Shown one piece after another: positions 23,818 through 25,004 of a DNA stretch of 25,004 nucleotides (positions are counted from its first letter, which is position 1; every line of letters starts with the position of its first letter). This DNA is from a virus (taxonomy: Duplodnaviria > Caudoviricetes), in the IMG/VR virus record IMGVR_UViG_3300032329_000232, positions 1 through 25,004 of that record; one strand, given 5' to 3'. The notes beneath the pieces are model-generated. The model did no database searches. It was not told the DNA's origin and saw only the letters and a program-made list of their open reading frames with translations. Made by a program: the position numbers and the translations under genes.

Positions 23818-24539
23818 ATTTGCAAAAGAAAATAACTTTTATTCCTTATGTTAAGGAATTGCTCGATGTTGAGGCACCGCCAGTTTCGGCTTCATCAAAA
23901 TTGCCTGAGTGGTATAAAAAACTACCTCAATATGTTAATAATTCAGATAAACCTGTTAAAGCCTTGGGGCAAAAAGATTTAAAAACTTGCGTTCCTTTTA
24001 GAGATGCAATGATTACTGGTTACTTGCTTGTAACGCCAGCAGATTTAGAAGTTGCAATTGACGAACACGGGAACATTAGCGTTTTCTGGAATCAAGGACT
24101 TCCATTTGTAGTAGTTCATAAACGAGGACCCCTAGCAATTAATAATCAAGGCTATGGTATGCCTCATCCATTAGGAACTTCTCCAACAATGTTTGCGTGG
24201 CACGCAACTTGGGGAATTGAAACAAGTAAAGCAGATTCGGTTCTTGTTACTCACCCCCTTAATAGGCATGACCTTCCTTTTGTGACTACATCAGGAATTA
24301 TGGATTCAGGTTATATTAATGTTGCAGGAAACATTCCTTTCTTTTTTAAAGAAGGCTTTGAAGGTATTATTCCCAAAGGAACTCCTTATGCACAAGTAAT
24401 TCCTTTTCAGCGAAATGATTGGACTTCCAGTTTAGGTCAAGCCAATCAAGAAGAATACCTAAAGACAATGACTTTACGAGATTCATACCTTAATGGTTTT
24501 TATTCTCGGTTCCTTCGCCAGCCAAAGAATTACAAATGA
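23805..24539 (+). CDS. DUF6065-like conserved phage protein
   Basis: LPEWYK, K.CVPF.DA...GY, HPLNR.DLPF...GI.D, IPKGTP.AQVIPF.R..W. Confidence 0.65.
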   Translation: MGFFNLQKKITFIPYVKELLDVEAPPVSASSKLPEWYKKLPQYVNNSDKPVKALGQKDLKTCVPFRDAMITGYLLVTPADLEVAIDEHGNISVFWNQGLPFVVVHKRGPLAINNQGYGMPHPLGTSPTMFAWHATWGIETSKADSVLVTHPLNRHDLPFVTTSGIMDSGYINVAGNIPFFFKEGFEGIIPKGTPYAQVIPFQRNDWTSSLGQANQEEYLKTMTLRDSYLNGFYSRFLRQPKNYK

Positions 24540-25004
24540 AGACAATTTATTGGTCTCCTTTTGCTACACAAGAAATGTATCCTTCTGTTCAATTACTTTA
24601 TGACACACCCGACTCTTTAATAACTGATTTAATGCCTCGTCGAAACAAAGAGGCTAATGGCGATAATTGGTTTCAATGTCACGCTTTTCAAGCAAGTGTT
24701 AAAAATACATTTATTCTACGAAGTCCTTTTACCGCCGCTTTTGGTTTAGATAAGGACATGGGCGCTTTCCCGATAGGTCAAGAATCTGAACATAAAATGA
24801 GATTTATTACTAGAAAACAACCCTCGGTTATAAATGCAGAAACATTTGCGGCTAGAGGTATATGGATATTTTGGTCAGAAGAACCTTTAACAATTACAAC
24901 CAGTCCTGCTCATTACCATAAACCAGTATTTGATGGTTATTATGTTGGTGGCTCATACGATATAGGTAAATGGTTTAGACCTGTTGAAGCGGCTATTCAA
25001 TTAA
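24536..25004 (+). CDS. partial conserved phage protein (DIGKWFRP type), runs off the window
   Basis: ATGA overlap; MKTIYWSPF...QCHAF....KNTF...GSYDIGKWFRP; open to the window end. Confidence 0.75.
   Translation, partial: MKTIYWSPFATQEMYPSVQLLYDTPDSLITDLMPRRNKEANGDNWFQCHAFQASVKNTFILRSPFTAAFGLDKDMGAFPIGQESEHKMRFITRKQPSVINAETFAARGIWIFWSEEPLTITTSPAHYHKPVFDGYYVGGSYDIGKWFRPVEAAIQL

Overview
A 25-kb, essentially all plus-strand segment of a tailed dsDNA phage. WhiB, an actinobacterial-type SSB and leaderless-looking starts point to an actinobacterial host; the AT-rich look suggests a low-GC lineage (inference). Layout: 1-7726 early/middle genes (small ORFs, a probable ADP-ribosyltransferase, a DUF932-type protein, wHTH, lytic transglycosylase, Ntn-hydrolase, WhiB, SSB); 7735-19296 head module (portal, MuF-like protein, XkdF-type prohead protease polyprotein, about 5.5 kb of accessory genes, scaffold, cement, major capsid); 19362-23754 other virion/fibre-like proteins; 23805-25004 two auxiliary genes. 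The main discovery is the cassette between protease and scaffold. Five unrelated payloads (a possible SAM-lyase-like enzyme, two VIP2-type ADP-ribosyltransferases, a zeta-toxin kinase and an unknown helical protein) all begin with the same peptide, hydrophobic-x-K|YNPNH(D/G)xxGRFxSGG. It looks like a protease-cleaved virion-loading or ejection tag. One copy has no start codon and can only be reached by a -1 shift at T TTA AAA AAA AAG. Short peptides placed directly after each enzyme are candidate cognate inhibitors. All family calls are by motif recognition; no searches were run.
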